Shown here: in pieces, positions 21,707 to 34,076 of the stretch | Layout of the letters: every line of letters begins with the position of its first letter | Numbering within the stretch: the first letter of the stretch is position 1 | Source of the DNA: an uncultured Chloroflexia bacterium | Lineage (GTDB): Bacteria > Chloroflexota > Anaerolineae > Anaerolineales > Villigracilaceae | Direction: 5' to 3' | Length of the DNA: 64,000 nt | NCBI GenBank assembly: GCA_963817265.1 | Contig: CAWFNU010000017.1 | Coordinates: 10,511 to 74,510, forward strand | Position numbers and translations under genes: made by a program | Notes under the pieces: generated by a model | What the model was told of the DNA's origin: nothing | Databases searched by the model: none | The model's input: only the letters and a program-made list of their open reading frames with translations

Positions 21707-22654
21707 ATGGAAACAACCCCCTCACAAATTGCTATCCTGACCCCGGATGATCTGGAAACCCCTCCGCTCAGTCTTGGCCAACTGGCGTGGCGGCGGTTCA
21801 AGCGTCATATACCTGCCATCTTTGGCTTGGTCGTGCTGATCATGCTCGTACTGTATGCCCTGGGGGGCACTTTGTTTATCTCCGAGAAATATGCCAATTA
21901 TAATGACCCCAGTTTGCGTCTGCAGGCTCCCTCCACGATCCATCCCTTTGGCACCGATTCTATCGGACGGGATGTTCTGGCTCGTACAATTTATGGGGGT
22001 CAGATCTCGTTGCTCATCGGCTTGACGGCGGTTATAGTTGAAACATTGTTGGGCATCCTGGTGGGAGCCTTGGCTGGATATTACGGTGGCTTGGTGGATA
22101 GCATCCTGATGCGCATCACCGAAGCCATGCTGAATATTCCTGAAATCTTCCTGTTGATTGTGATGGCTAAGTATTTCGGTGGCAAGATCCCTGAAGTGGA
22201 CCTCTTCGGTCGCACCTTTAGTGGAAGTGTGGTCGTCATTGTTCTTATTATTGGGCTTACCTCTTGGATGTATCTTGCACGGATTGTTCGCGCTCAGTTC
22301 CTCTCGCTGAAGGAGAATGAGTTCGTACTGGCGGCTCGGGCGACAGGTACTCGCAATATTGACATTATCTTTCGCCATATCTTGCCAAATAGCATCGCCC
22401 CCATAGTGGTCTCTGCCACCTTGGGTGTTGCCAATGCCATCCTTGCCGAGGCATATATCAGTTTCTTGGGTCTGGGCGTACAACCGCCCACCGCTACCTG
22501 GGGGAATATGCTCGACGGTGCAAATAACTATCTTGACACAGCTCCCTGGCTGTGGTTTTTCCCTGGCTTATTGATATTATTGACAGTTCTTAGTATAAAT
22601 TTCTTGGGCGATGGTTTGCGTGACGCTCTCGACCCCCGCAGCCGGACGGTCTGA
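21707..22654 (+). CDS. ABC transporter permease (DppC/OppC-like)
   Basis: 315 aa. OppC N-terminal pattern (LAWRRFKRH), PFGTDSIGRDVLAR and the EAA loop (FVLAARATGTRNIDIIFRHILPN). Confidence 0.9.
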   Translation: METTPSQIAILTPDDLETPPLSLGQLAWRRFKRHIPAIFGLVVLIMLVLYALGGTLFISEKYANYNDPSLRLQAPSTIHPFGTDSIGRDVLARTIYGGQISLLIGLTAVIVETLLGILVGALAGYYGGLVDSILMRITEAMLNIPEIFLLIVMAKYFGGKIPEVDLFGRTFSGSVVVIVLIIGLTSWMYLARIVRAQFLSLKENEFVLAARATGTRNIDIIFRHILPNSIAPIVVSATLGVANAILAEAYISFLGLGVQPPTATWGNMLDGANNYLDTAPWLWFFPGLLILLTVLSINFLGDGLRDALDPRSRTV

Positions 22655-22658
22655 ACGA

Positions 22659-23648
22659 ATGGCGACTCTTCTAGACGTTAAAGACCTAAGGACACTCTTC
22701 CATACACCCGAAGGGACCGTGTATGCAGTCAATGGGATTTCCTTCCATGTGGACGAGGGGGAAACCCTGGCTGTGGTAGGGGAGAGTGGTTGCGGGAAAT
22801 CGGTAAGCATGCTATCAGTCCTTCAATTGATCCTGGTTCCTCCTGGAGAGATTGCTGGTGGCGTGGTAATGTACCGTGGTCACGATCTCCTTAAAAATTC
22901 CGAGCGCGAGATGGAAGACATCCGCGGTCAGGAAATCGCAATGATTTTCCAGGATCCGATGACATCCCTAAATCCAGTATTGACGATCGGCAGGCAGATC
23001 ACGGAATCATTGCGGGTTCATAAGGGGATGGACCAGAAAGATGCTGATGCCAGGGCTGTGGAATTGCTGGAATTGGTCGGCATTTCAGATCCCTCCCGTT
23101 GCTTGGGCGATTACCCTCACCAGTTCTCCGGCGGGATGCGCCAGCGGGTGATGATAGCCATGGCGCTTTCATGCAACCCAAGCTTGTTGATCGCTGACGA
23201 GCCGACTACCGCGCTGGATGTAACCATTCAAGCTCAGATCGTTGAGCTGGTCACCAGGATCCGCGAAAAGGTCGGCATGGCGGTCATCTGGATTACGCAT
23301 GACCTGGGTGTGGTAGCCGGGATTGCCGACCGGGTAATGGTGATGTATGCCGGGTTTATTGTTGAGGAAGCCGGTGTGAACGCATTATACGAAAACCCAT
23401 GCCACCCCTATACCAGCGCATTATTGGGGGCTCTTCCGCGCGTCGATCGTCGTCGCGATCGGAGGCTTAAATCGATTCCCGGTGCGCCGCCCAGCCTTCT
23501 GGTGGAACCGCATGGCTGTCCATTTTCAACTCGCTGTGAATATGTCATTGAGCGGTGCAAAACCGAAAACCCATCCTTGACCTCGGTCGGAAAAAACAAC
23601 CACAACATTGCTTGTTGGGTTGACATCCATACTGGAGCACCGCGATGA
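22659..23648 (+). CDS. ABC transporter ATP-binding protein (DppD/OppD-like)
   Basis: The track ORF starts at 22611, but the ATG at 22659 ([10 protein letters not shown]) follows the stop of the permease. Walker A GESGCGKS, signature FSGGMRQR, Walker [13 protein letters not shown], and the oligopeptide C-terminal domain (HPYT..C.F..RC). Confidence 0.9.
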   Translation: MATLLDVKDLRTLFHTPEGTVYAVNGISFHVDEGETLAVVGESGCGKSVSMLSVLQLILVPPGEIAGGVVMYRGHDLLKNSEREMEDIRGQEIAMIFQDPMTSLNPVLTIGRQITESLRVHKGMDQKDADARAVELLELVGISDPSRCLGDYPHQFSGGMRQRVMIAMALSCNPSLLIADEPTTALDVTIQAQIVELVTRIREKVGMAVIWITHDLGVVAGIADRVMVMYAGFIVEEAGVNALYENPCHPYTSALLGALPRVDRRRDRRLKSIPGAPPSLLVEPHGCPFSTRCEYVIERCKTENPSLTSVGKNNHNIACWVDIHTGAPR

Positions 23649-24630
23649 GTGGTACTAAACCACTGGTCGTGGTCGAAAACCTGACCAAGCACTTCCCGGT
23701 GACTCCGCGGCATTGTCTTTCAGCACAAGGTGGGGGCAGTCCGTGCAGTGGATGGAATTTCATTCTCCATCGAAAAGGGAGAGACTCTCGGTCTGGTGGG
23801 TGAAAGTGGATGTGGTAAGACCACTGCCGGACGGACGTTGCTGGGACTTTATCCGGCAACATCAGGGGTGGTCACGATTGACGGGCATGATGTTCGTTCT
23901 GCCAGGGGCGGGGAAATGCTCGTCATCCGCAGAAAAGCGCAGATGATTTTTCAGGATCCATACGCTTCGCTAAACCCGCGTTGGACGGTCCATTCCATCG
24001 TAAGCGAACCCCTGCGTGTGCATCATTTATTTAAAACCGAGGCGGAGCGCGTTGAACGGGTTCAGGAGTTGATGGGCTTGGTTGGTTTAAGCGGGCGATC
24101 TAATAAACCGGTTTCCTCATGAATTCTCAGGGGGACAGCGTCAGCGCATCGGCATAGCTCGCGCCCTGGCTTCTGACCCCCGGTTTATTGTATGCGACGA
24201 ACCGATCTCGGCCTTGGATGTTTCCATCCAGGCGCAGGTTGTCAACTTGCTTGAAGATCTGCAGGATCGTCTTGGGCTGACCTATTTATTTATCGCTCAC
24301 GATCTCAGCATGGTTCGCCATATTTGCGACCGGGTGGCAGTCATGTACTTGGGAATAATGGCTGAATTAGGCGATCGGAACGAGCTGTACGAGCATCCGC
24401 TCCACCCATATACGAGGGCGCTTCTTTCTGCAGTTCCTGTCCCTGATCCAAGGAAAGATCACGCTCGACAGCGAATTATCCTGGCTGGGGATGTCCCTAG
24501 CCCGATCAACCCACCCTCCGGTTGCCGCTTTCACCCGCGTTGTCCGCTCGTGTCAGAGCTCTGCAGTCACGCGATTCCACAGTGGCGGCTGGCCGCGCCC
24601 AATCACTGGGTCGCCTGCCATAACGTCTGA
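23645..24630 (+). pseudogene. ABC transporter ATP-binding protein (DppF/OppF-like), two frameshifts (~23705, ~24095)
   Basis: The ATG overlaps the oppD-like stop (ATGA). Own translation gives [20 protein letters not shown]... Track ORF 23730..24122 continues it ([31 protein letters not shown]..), then 24214..24630 and its upstream frame ([44 protein letters not shown]). Confidence 0.88.
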
Positions 24631-24647
24631 AGGAAAGATGAAGGGCC

Positions 24648-26432
24648 ATGATTGACCTAGGGGTTTTATTGCGCGTTCCGTGTGTTGAGGTGGAGATGGG
24701 CTTCGATGTTTCGCCTGGCGGCGAAAACGTAGCCTTTTCTTGGAATCCGGGAGGCGAATGGGAGATATTCGAGACCGAATTAATAGGTAAAGCAAATCCC
24801 CGTCCAATTTCACGTGGACCGGGAGGAAAATTTCATCCGCGCTACTCGCCCGATGGTCGTTATTTGGCCTACACAGTTGATTTTGACGGTAGTGAAGCCT
24901 ATCATCTCGTCGTCCATGATCTGGGTACTGGGGAAGAGCGCGACCTCACTCCTCACAACAATTGTTCATTGCAAGCTGATTTCTCCTGGTCTCCGGATGG
25001 AAAATTCCTGGCTTTTATTTCTGATCAATCCGGCCAGTTTGATACTTACATAATTCCCTCTGGAGGGGGAGAGGCCCAACTCGTGCTGGATGCTGGCTAC
25101 CCGGCTTGGAAAGTGCGTTGGTCTCCCGACGGCTCTAGGTTGGCCGTCACGGTCGAAGCAGGGGGCATAGATTTTGGGACCTATATCGTCAAGGCTGATG
25201 ATGGCAGCGAAGTGTGCAGGATTTCCGACGCCAATGGGCCGATCGATGCCGGTCAGACTTCATGGTCTCCTGACGGTTCAAAACTGGCTTTTACTTCGGA
25301 TGTTTATGGCTTTAACAATATCGGCATTTATGATTTATCCACCCACATGATAAACTGGCTGACCGATGGGGGAGGGGAAAAGCAATTTCCTGTCTGGTCG
25401 CCGGATGGTTCACAGCTCGCATACGTTTTCAATCTGAGTACTATTTCTTGGTTGGTGGTCCAAAAACTTGGGGGACCTCCGCAGATGAATCAAGTTGAAC
25501 CAGGAGTCCATTACCATCCTCACTTCACCCCCGAAGGGAAACATGTCATCTTTGTTTTCGACAATCCATGCCACCCGGATGATTTATGGTCTTTTTCACT
25601 GGAAGATCGGTCTTTTTCCCAAATAACTCATTCTCTGCCCCATGAGTTGGTTGATGTCTCATTTGTCATGCCACAGGAGATTACTTATCCGGGGTTGGAT
25701 GGTACCCCCGTCCCTGGGTTGCTTTTCAAGCCGGATGGAGGAAAACCTGGTCCCGCAGCAATCCTTATCCATGGTGGGCCGGATTGGTTTTTTGAGATGA
25801 CTTGGTACCCCCTGATGGCACACATGGCGTCGCGTGGCTGGGTCGTGCTTGTACCGAATTACCGCGGCTCCACCGGCTATGGACGTGCCTGGCAGGAAGC
25901 CAGTCGTTTCGATTTCGGTGGTGTTGACAACGATGACATCGCTGCTGGGGCTCATTATCTCCTGCAGAACGGTTTGGCTGATCCGGGACGGATCGGGATT
26001 ACTGGTCGTAGTCACGGTGGATACCTCACCATGACCTGCTTGACGAAATACCCGCATCTTTGGGCGGTGGGATCCGCGGTTGTCCCTTTCATTAATTGGT
26101 TCACCAATCATAAATATATTCGCCCGGATCTTCAGCATTGGGATTATGAGAATTTTGGCAACCCGGAAGATGACCACGATTTGTGGGTCGAACGGTCACC
26201 CTATTTTTTTCTGGATAAAATTTCTGCTCCTGTTCAGTTGATCGCAGGCAGGCAGGACCAGCGCTGTCCGGTTACTGACTCCATTGAAGCTCATGCGCTC
26301 CTCCAGGAAATGGGGAAGTCGGTCGAGCTGGTGGTTTACGAAGACGAAGGGCATACCTTTTTGAAATTGGAAAATATCTTGGATTCAGAGCATCGTCGTG
26401 TGGAATTCCTGGCGAAATATTTGGAGAAGTAA
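24648..26432 (+). CDS. S9-family serine peptidase (prolyl oligopeptidase / acylaminoacyl-peptidase type) with N-terminal beta-propeller
   Basis: Repeated propeller blades (SP/SWSPDG), a catalytic GxSxGG (GRSHGGY), and downstream D (GRQDQRCP) and H (EDEGHTF). No signal peptide is evident. Confidence 0.85.
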   Translation: MIDLGVLLRVPCVEVEMGFDVSPGGENVAFSWNPGGEWEIFETELIGKANPRPISRGPGGKFHPRYSPDGRYLAYTVDFDGSEAYHLVVHDLGTGEERDLTPHNNCSLQADFSWSPDGKFLAFISDQSGQFDTYIIPSGGGEAQLVLDAGYPAWKVRWSPDGSRLAVTVEAGGIDFGTYIVKADDGSEVCRISDANGPIDAGQTSWSPDGSKLAFTSDVYGFNNIGIYDLSTHMINWLTDGGGEKQFPVWSPDGSQLAYVFNLSTISWLVVQKLGGPPQMNQVEPGVHYHPHFTPEGKHVIFVFDNPCHPDDLWSFSLEDRSFSQITHSLPHELVDVSFVMPQEITYPGLDGTPVPGLLFKPDGGKPGPAAILIHGGPDWFFEMTWYPLMAHMASRGWVVLVPNYRGSTGYGRAWQEASRFDFGGVDNDDIAAGAHYLLQNGLADPGRIGITGRSHGGYLTMTCLTKYPHLWAVGSAVVPFINWFTNHKYIRPDLQHWDYENFGNPEDDHDLWVERSPYFFLDKISAPVQLIAGRQDQRCPVTDSIEAHALLQEMGKSVELVVYEDEGHTFLKLENILDSEHRRVEFLAKYLEK

Positions 26433-26467
26433 TAGAGGCTGGTGCCGTTGAATGTTGGAGAAAATCG

Positions 26468-27881
26468 ATGATCCATCTTTCTGTATTTGACGAAATTGAA
26501 GTCGAAGCCATTCATCAGGCAAGCCTGCATATCCTCTGGGAGACTGGGGTGGTATTGACCGAACCGCAGAGTTTGAGTCTCCTGACGGATGCGGGAGCCA
26601 GGATAAAAGATTCGCGTCTCTGTATTCCTCCTGATTTGGTGGAAAAATGCATCTCTCAATCGGGTAGGAAGACGATCATCCGCGGGCGAGGTGGGGCGGT
26701 TAAAACTCTTGGTGACGGAAACCTGTATTTCCACAACCTGGGAGGCGCGCCTCAGGTATTTGACTCGCAGTTTGGAACGCGTCGACTTGCAGTTGTCCAG
26801 GACGTGCGGGATGCGACTCGATTGCTGGATGCGCTTGAGAATTGTCATACCGTCACTCCATTCTTCACGCCGACTGAAGTTCCAGGGGGGTTAATGTCAT
26901 TGGCAATGTACCGCCATGCATTGCCATTTACCATGAAACCACTTCAGGGCCCGGGTGTGCAATTGGCGGCCGAAGTCCGATTCGCGGTAAAAATGGCAGA
27001 AGTGATTGGTTCTCCGGCAGAAACCTTGACTTTATCACTTTCTCCGGTCAGCCCACTTACTATTCCTGAACATGAGGCAGTTGCGATTATGGAAATTGCC
27101 CGCCTTGGGATCGCGTTTGCACCGCTACCCTGTCCAACCGCGGGCACAACAGCACCGTTCTCGATTGCTGGAGCCATAACCCAGCAAAACGCTGAGATTT
27201 TGGCTTCCCTGGTGTTGGCTGAGCTTGTTCACCCGGGCTTGCCGATCATTTATTGCGGACGGCTGGCAATGATGGAGCCTCGAACCGGGTTATCAGTCTG
27301 GGGTGGGGTGGAAATGGGATTGGCTTCCGCTGGCACAGTGCAAATGGGACATCGTTACGGGTTGCCAGTCAACGTCTATGGTTTTTCAACGAATGCGCAT
27401 AGCATAGATGCCCAGGACGGTTTTGAACGGGCGTTGAATGCGGCCATTCCTGCCCTGGCAGGAGCAGATGAATTATCCGGAATCGGGGAAATGGAGGCCG
27501 GGGTGATGGGTTCGTTTGCACAGATGGTCGCAGATAACGAATTTGCAGGCAGCATTTCCCGGCTCCGGAAAGGGATTGCAGCAGACGCGGATGCACTGGC
27601 TGTGGAAGTGGTTGCTGCATGCTATGAACTCCACCCGTAATTACCTGGGCCAGAAACACACGATGAAATATCTAAAGTCAGGCGAAGTTTTCCTGACGAA
27701 ACTTGCGGAACGCGGTTCTTGGGAAGGGTGGGAAAAAACTGGACGGGTGGGATTGGTTGAACGGGCAACCATTGAAGCGCAGCGCATTTTACGTGAACAT
27801 CAAGTCCCCCCGCTCGAGTTTGCTCAGGAACGTGAATTGGATGCACTGATGGTGGCTGCTGGGCAGGAATTATTAAAATAG
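26468..27881 (+). pseudogene. MttB-superfamily methyltransferase, divergent paralog 3, one frameshift (~27620)
   Basis: Track ORF 26468..27640 (..LSLSPVSPLTIPEHEAVAIMEIARLGIAFAPLPCPTAGTTAPFSIAGAITQQNAEILASLVLAELVHPGLPIIYCG..) continues in 27516..27881 (..NYLGQKHTMKYLKSGEVFL..). Total about 471 aa. No in-frame TAG. Confidence 0.75.
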
Positions 27882-27924
27882 GTCCTCACAAGACTATTTT
27901 TGGATCAGGAAAGTTAGGTGAAAA

Positions 27925-29103
27925 ATGCTAGAAAAAGCGCGTGCAATGCAGGATGAATTAACCGTATGGCGGCGGGATTTTCACATGCACCCGGAACTCG
28001 GATTCAAGGAAACGCAAACCTCTGCCAAAGTAGCCGAAATCTTGGAAAAGTTAGGATATCGCCTCAAGCGTGGTGTCGGGCGGACCGGTGTGGTGGCAGA
28101 GTTGGGAAATGGTAAGCCTCTTGTCGCCATTCGTGCTGACATGGATGCGCTGCCGCTCCAGGAAACCAACCAGGTGCCCTATGCGTCACAGAATCCAGGG
28201 GTAATGCATGCTTGTGGGCATGACGGACACATGGCGATGGGGCTTGGTGCCGCGGCGTTACTGAGCAAGGAAAAATTTAATGGAACAGTCAGGTTTCTGT
28301 TCCAACCTTCAGAAGAGGTGGGAGATCAAGATGGCTTGAGTGGTGCAGCGCGCATGATCCAGGATGGTGCTATGCAAGGTGTGGAATTTATTATTGCCTT
28401 GCATGTTGAACCTGGTACCCGTGCTGGAGCTATCCGTATCGGGTCCGGACCTGCTTCCGGTGGAGTCGATTCTTGGTTTGGGGAGATCATTGGCAAGGGA
28501 GGCCATGGCGCCCACCCCCACCAGACCATAGACCCTTTCCATATAGCCTCTCATGTAATCTTGGCGATTAATGGGATTATTTCGCGCCGCGTTGATCCTT
28601 TTGATCCTGCGGTCGTGAGCATTGGTTCTCTTCATGGTGGATTTACGGATAATGTCATTCCGGAGCGGGTAAAATTAACTGGTACGCTCCGTTACACGGA
28701 AAAACGGGTCCAGGAACTACTCCATGCAGAGATCCGACGTGCCTTTGAAATATCCCGCCCCTTGGGAGGTGATTACGACCTAAAATTCGAGATTGGTACT
28801 CCCCCCATGATCAATTCTGTGGAAGCTTCCGACCTGGTTGCAGCGGTTGCAGTTGACCTGCTAGGTAGGGAAAATGTCCTTTCCTGGAAAAATGAATTGG
28901 GTGCAGAGGATTTTGGCAATTTTATGGAACTTGCCCCGGGTGCCATGTTTACCCTGGGAACCGGCAGTGATAAATTCCATTGCCTGCTGCATAATCCGGA
29001 TTTCGACTTGGATGAAAGTTGTCTCCCTGTTGGCGCGGCCATTCTTGCAGAAACAGCTTTAAGATTCCTGAAAAAACGGGAAGAAAATCGCATCAGGGAC
29101 TAA
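27925..29103 (+). CDS. M20D-family amidohydrolase (N-acyl-amino-acid / hippurate hydrolase type)
   Basis: FHMHPELGFKE, ADMDALP, MHACGHDGH and FQPSEE, with a dimerisation-lid domain. 392 aa. Confidence 0.85.
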   Translation: MLEKARAMQDELTVWRRDFHMHPELGFKETQTSAKVAEILEKLGYRLKRGVGRTGVVAELGNGKPLVAIRADMDALPLQETNQVPYASQNPGVMHACGHDGHMAMGLGAAALLSKEKFNGTVRFLFQPSEEVGDQDGLSGAARMIQDGAMQGVEFIIALHVEPGTRAGAIRIGSGPASGGVDSWFGEIIGKGGHGAHPHQTIDPFHIASHVILAINGIISRRVDPFDPAVVSIGSLHGGFTDNVIPERVKLTGTLRYTEKRVQELLHAEIRRAFEISRPLGGDYDLKFEIGTPPMINSVEASDLVAAVAVDLLGRENVLSWKNELGAEDFGNFMELAPGAMFTLGTGSDKFHCLLHNPDFDLDESCLPVGAAILAETALRFLKKREENRIRD

Positions 29104-29166
29104 TTATAAAAAAAATTAACAATATTGATCGCTTTATCCCTTCGATAACCATCCATAGGAGTTCTT

Positions 29167-30039
29167 ATGCACACAATATTAAGATCTGCTACCAGAGAAG
29201 TCATCATTGGAATTGACCGTCCTTTCGTCATGATTGGAGAAAAGATCAACCCTACTGGGCGGAAGAAGCTCGCCGCCGCATTATCTGAGGGCAACTTGGA
29301 TGTTGCCCGTCAATTGGCGGAGAGTCAGGTAGCCTGGGGAGCAGATGTGCTGGATATTAATGTTGGTGTCCCTGGGTTGGATGAAGTCGCTGTGGTACGG
29401 AAATTATTGGAAATGCTGGCTCCGATTGTGGATGTACCCTTCTGCCTGGATTCTGCCAATCCATTGGTGCTGGCGGCGGGCTTGGCTGCCGTTCCTGGCA
29501 AGCCGCTGGTCAACTCGGTTAGCGGTGAAGAGAAAAAGCTGGAAACGGTCCTTCCCCTCGTAAAAGACCGCGGCGCTGCTGTCATTGGATTGACCATGGA
29601 TGACAACGGCATACCCAAAACTCCCGAGGAACGCCTGGCTGTGGCAGAGAAGATTATCGAGCGGGCGGCAAAGATGGGTATCCCAGCCGAAGATATTATT
29701 ATCGATCCGCTGGTTCTGACGGTCGGGTCGGATAGTAAGGCCGCCATGGTGACGCTCCAGACCGTGGAATTACTGCGTAAGGAATTCGGAGTAAATATCA
29801 ACTTGGGAGCCAGCAATGTCTCCTTTGGCTTACCCGATCGTCCGACCATTAACCAGGCCTTCCTGACCCTCGCCATTCAACTGGGCGCAACCTGCTCGAT
29901 CACCGACCCGTCAAAACTGGGCGCAACAGTAAAGGCTGCTGACATGTTGCTTGGAAGGGATGACAACTCTATACATTACCTTAAATATTTCCGCGCTGCC
30001 GAGAAGCTGAGGGCCGCCGAAGCAGAAAAAACAGCATAA
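29167..30039 (+). CDS. pterin-binding methyltetrahydrofolate:corrinoid methyltransferase (MtgA/MtrH/AcsE-like MT2 component)
   Basis: DHPS-like TIM barrel with IGEKINPTG, ADVLDINVG, LDSANP, VNSVSGEE and GASNVSFGLPDR. Confidence 0.8.
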   Translation: MHTILRSATREVIIGIDRPFVMIGEKINPTGRKKLAAALSEGNLDVARQLAESQVAWGADVLDINVGVPGLDEVAVVRKLLEMLAPIVDVPFCLDSANPLVLAAGLAAVPGKPLVNSVSGEEKKLETVLPLVKDRGAAVIGLTMDDNGIPKTPEERLAVAEKIIERAAKMGIPAEDIIIDPLVLTVGSDSKAAMVTLQTVELLRKEFGVNINLGASNVSFGLPDRPTINQAFLTLAIQLGATCSITDPSKLGATVKAADMLLGRDDNSIHYLKYFRAAEKLRAAEAEKTA

Positions 30040-30060
30040 AGAAATCGAAAGAAAATTAAA

Positions 30061-30105
30061 AATCCTCTTCGGTCAATTTTGAACTGAAGGGGATTTTGAT
30101 TTTAC
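30061..30105. terminator. bidirectional terminator between the methyltransferase operon (+) and the LysE gene (-)
   Basis: 10-bp stem aatcctcttc / gaaggggatt (one G-U pair) with a 15-nt loop, flanked by an A-run upstream and ttgatttt downstream. Confidence 0.55.
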
Positions 30106-30122
30106 AAAGTCGATTGTTCGTC

Positions 30123-30737
30123 CTACCAGAAGGTTCTAATTCCCGACCATATTTCGTATAGCCCAAAAATCGTCAATGCCATGGCTGATATGCCTACCAG
30201 TCCCCGGCTGATTCTTGGTCCAATTTTTCCAGCGGCTGAGAATAGTAGCATGATCCCCAGCGTGACAAAAATTAGCACAGAGTAAAACCCGACTAGTAGA
30301 GCGATTCCGTTCCTGGGAGCTTCGCGCCATCCCCTTATCAATAATGGCCCCATGACCAGGCTCCAACCTAGGTATGGGGCCGGGTTCAGCAGGTTAACCA
30401 TGGCAGCTTTGAAAACGGTTTTTTGGGTTGATTCGATTTCATTCGTTTCCTCCCGTTTGTAATTTCGCCAATTCCTATAAGCCCCAAAGGCCAGGTAAAG
30501 GAGGAATACACCCCCTCCAATCTGCAGTGCTTGGACCAGCCAGCCTGGCATGCGGCTCAAAAAAACCAAGACTAATAGAATGATTGGCCCATCGCTAAGT
30601 AAGGGGGCAAAGGCTGCTGGTATGGTCCGCAACCAACCATTCGTCAGAGTCCGTGATATGAGGAAAGTTAGAAATGGCCCTGGCTGTACTGCTGCAGCAA
30701 ATGCAAAAGTCATCCCAAGGATCAGGTAAGCTGTCAA
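30123..30737 (-). CDS. LysE/RhtB-family amino-acid exporter
   Basis: 204 aa with 6 TM helices. The N-terminus (ILGMTFAFAAAVQPGPFLTFLISRTL) is characteristic of the LysE family. Confidence 0.8.
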   Translation of the reverse strand: MTAYLILGMTFAFAAAVQPGPFLTFLISRTLTNGWLRTIPAAFAPLLSDGPIILLVLVFLSRMPGWLVQALQIGGGVFLLYLAFGAYRNWRNYKREETNEIESTQKTVFKAAMVNLLNPAPYLGWSLVMGPLLIRGWREAPRNGIALLVGFYSVLIFVTLGIMLLFSAAGKIGPRISRGLVGISAMALTIFGLYEIWSGIRTFW

Positions 30738-30865
30738 ATGAATGGATATCCTAGCAAATTGTCCTTTGAAATTCTCAGGGTTTGCTTAATTTCGTTGCAT
30801 TATTATCGAGGAATAGCAGACAACCCTTTATGCGTACGCTCATCACTCTATTCTTGCTAAATACT

Positions 30866-31666
30866 TTATGGTGTTGGCGTGACCAGGGAAGCATCTAGGC
30901 AGCCTTGTGGGAAGGAAATATTGATAGGTTGGTTAACCTGGGTTAGCTCAATAGAAATCTCTTCATGCAGCACGTCAGTCTGAGGATCGATGCTGGTTTC
31001 CAGAACCAGAATATATTTCACAATATATTGCCCATCGATCGCCAACCAATAGTCTCCTTGATTGGCATTCACCTTGGCTCCCGAAGTAACTCCAAGACCT
31101 GAAACATGAAATGAAAAATGGTTTGAAGGGATTCCGTTCATTGTCTCTTGCGCTACGAAAGATGGGGTATCGATCAAGGGAGTAAAGCCCAACATGTTCG
31201 ATAAAATATCCATCATTTCTGCCTGGTTTGCAGGCATGTTGGTCCAGCTCCAATCTTCTCCCGATCCGGAACATTGATCATTTCCGATCCGGTAGATATT
31301 GCTATCGGAATTATTGGGATCGCCCCCTGTTGCATCAACACCAGACATTGTGATACGGGTGTAAGAAGCACCCAGTTCTTTGTCATGCTGTGTTTCAATA
31401 ATAGTTGAGCTTGACTGGGCTGGATCTGGGCCGGTGGATTTGATGGTAACGGTCATCTGGTAGCTGTTCAGGCTTCCCAAGCCATCATTAATGCTGACCG
31501 GGTTGGCAGGGGGAGTGGAGACTGGTATATTCCCAGGCGGCTGGACTCCATTCCCTTGCGGGGTTGTGCCGGGTGGCTTTGGTGTATTACTAGTACTGGT
31601 ACCCAGGTTGCAGGCTACGGCAACTATGAAAAGGATGACAAGAAAAATTACAATCCGAGCTTTCAT
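30866..31666 (-). CDS. secreted lipoprotein of unknown function
   Basis: Signal plus lipobox (MKARIVIFLVILFIVAVAC), a P/T/G-rich linker, then a ~200-aa beta-rich domain. I recognised no family. Confidence 0.6.
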   Translation of the reverse strand: MKARIVIFLVILFIVAVACNLGTSTSNTPKPPGTTPQGNGVQPPGNIPVSTPPANPVSINDGLGSLNSYQMTVTIKSTGPDPAQSSSTIIETQHDKELGASYTRITMSGVDATGGDPNNSDSNIYRIGNDQCSGSGEDWSWTNMPANQAEMMDILSNMLGFTPLIDTPSFVAQETMNGIPSNHFSFHVSGLGVTSGAKVNANQGDYWLAIDGQYIVKYILVLETSIDPQTDVLHEEISIELTQVNQPINISFPQGCLDASLVTPTP

Positions 31667-31986
31667 AGGTTTCTCCTTTGAATTATTCTAAATTCACTTA
31701 CTGAACTAGGTTCCAGAAACCCGACGCTTAAGTGCTTTCATTCAATACAGATGTAAAAATCATATGGGGTATTCTTTGATCGTTTGCATAATGTTCTACG
31801 ATTAATTATATCCTTATATATTATTGACTGGGTCTCTTTCAAATATTGTGCAGCACGCTTAAGAATGTGCTTAAATCAATCATTTTACATAGCCATTCCA
31901 GATTTGAATGAGTAGGAAATTTGATGGAATATTAATAGGAGCAACTTGCTTGATAATAGTGCATCTAATATATAATAGTAAACTGA

Positions 31987-32951
<965 letters not shown>

Positions 32952-32968
32952 TTATTACAATGATTATG

Positions 32969-32999
32969 AAGGCGGCAGTGACACTGCCGTCTTTATTTT
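32969..32999 (+). terminator. rho-independent terminator after trxB
   Basis: Stem aaggcggcag / ctgccgtctt (one mismatch), loop tgaca, tail tatttt. Confidence 0.65.
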
Positions 33000-33098
33000 G
33001 TTAAGATATTTATATGATAAGTGTGTGACAAAGGGTACTATCAGTTATAAGGTTTATTTTGTAGTATAACTCTAATAATCCAAGCCTAAGGAGGATCT

Positions 33099-34038
<940 letters not shown>

Positions 34039-34076
34039 CGTCTGCTGCAGGACTATTTCGCAGCGACACCCAGAAA

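Noticed and set aside
15863-27881. Pyrrolysine (amber read-through) in the three MttB-family genes
   Set aside because: Every interruption I could inspect is a change of frame ending in TGA or TAA, not an in-frame TAG at the Pyl position. The flanking homologous sequence continues in a different frame. No pylT or pylSBCD is visible in the window. These look like non-Pyl MttB homologs.
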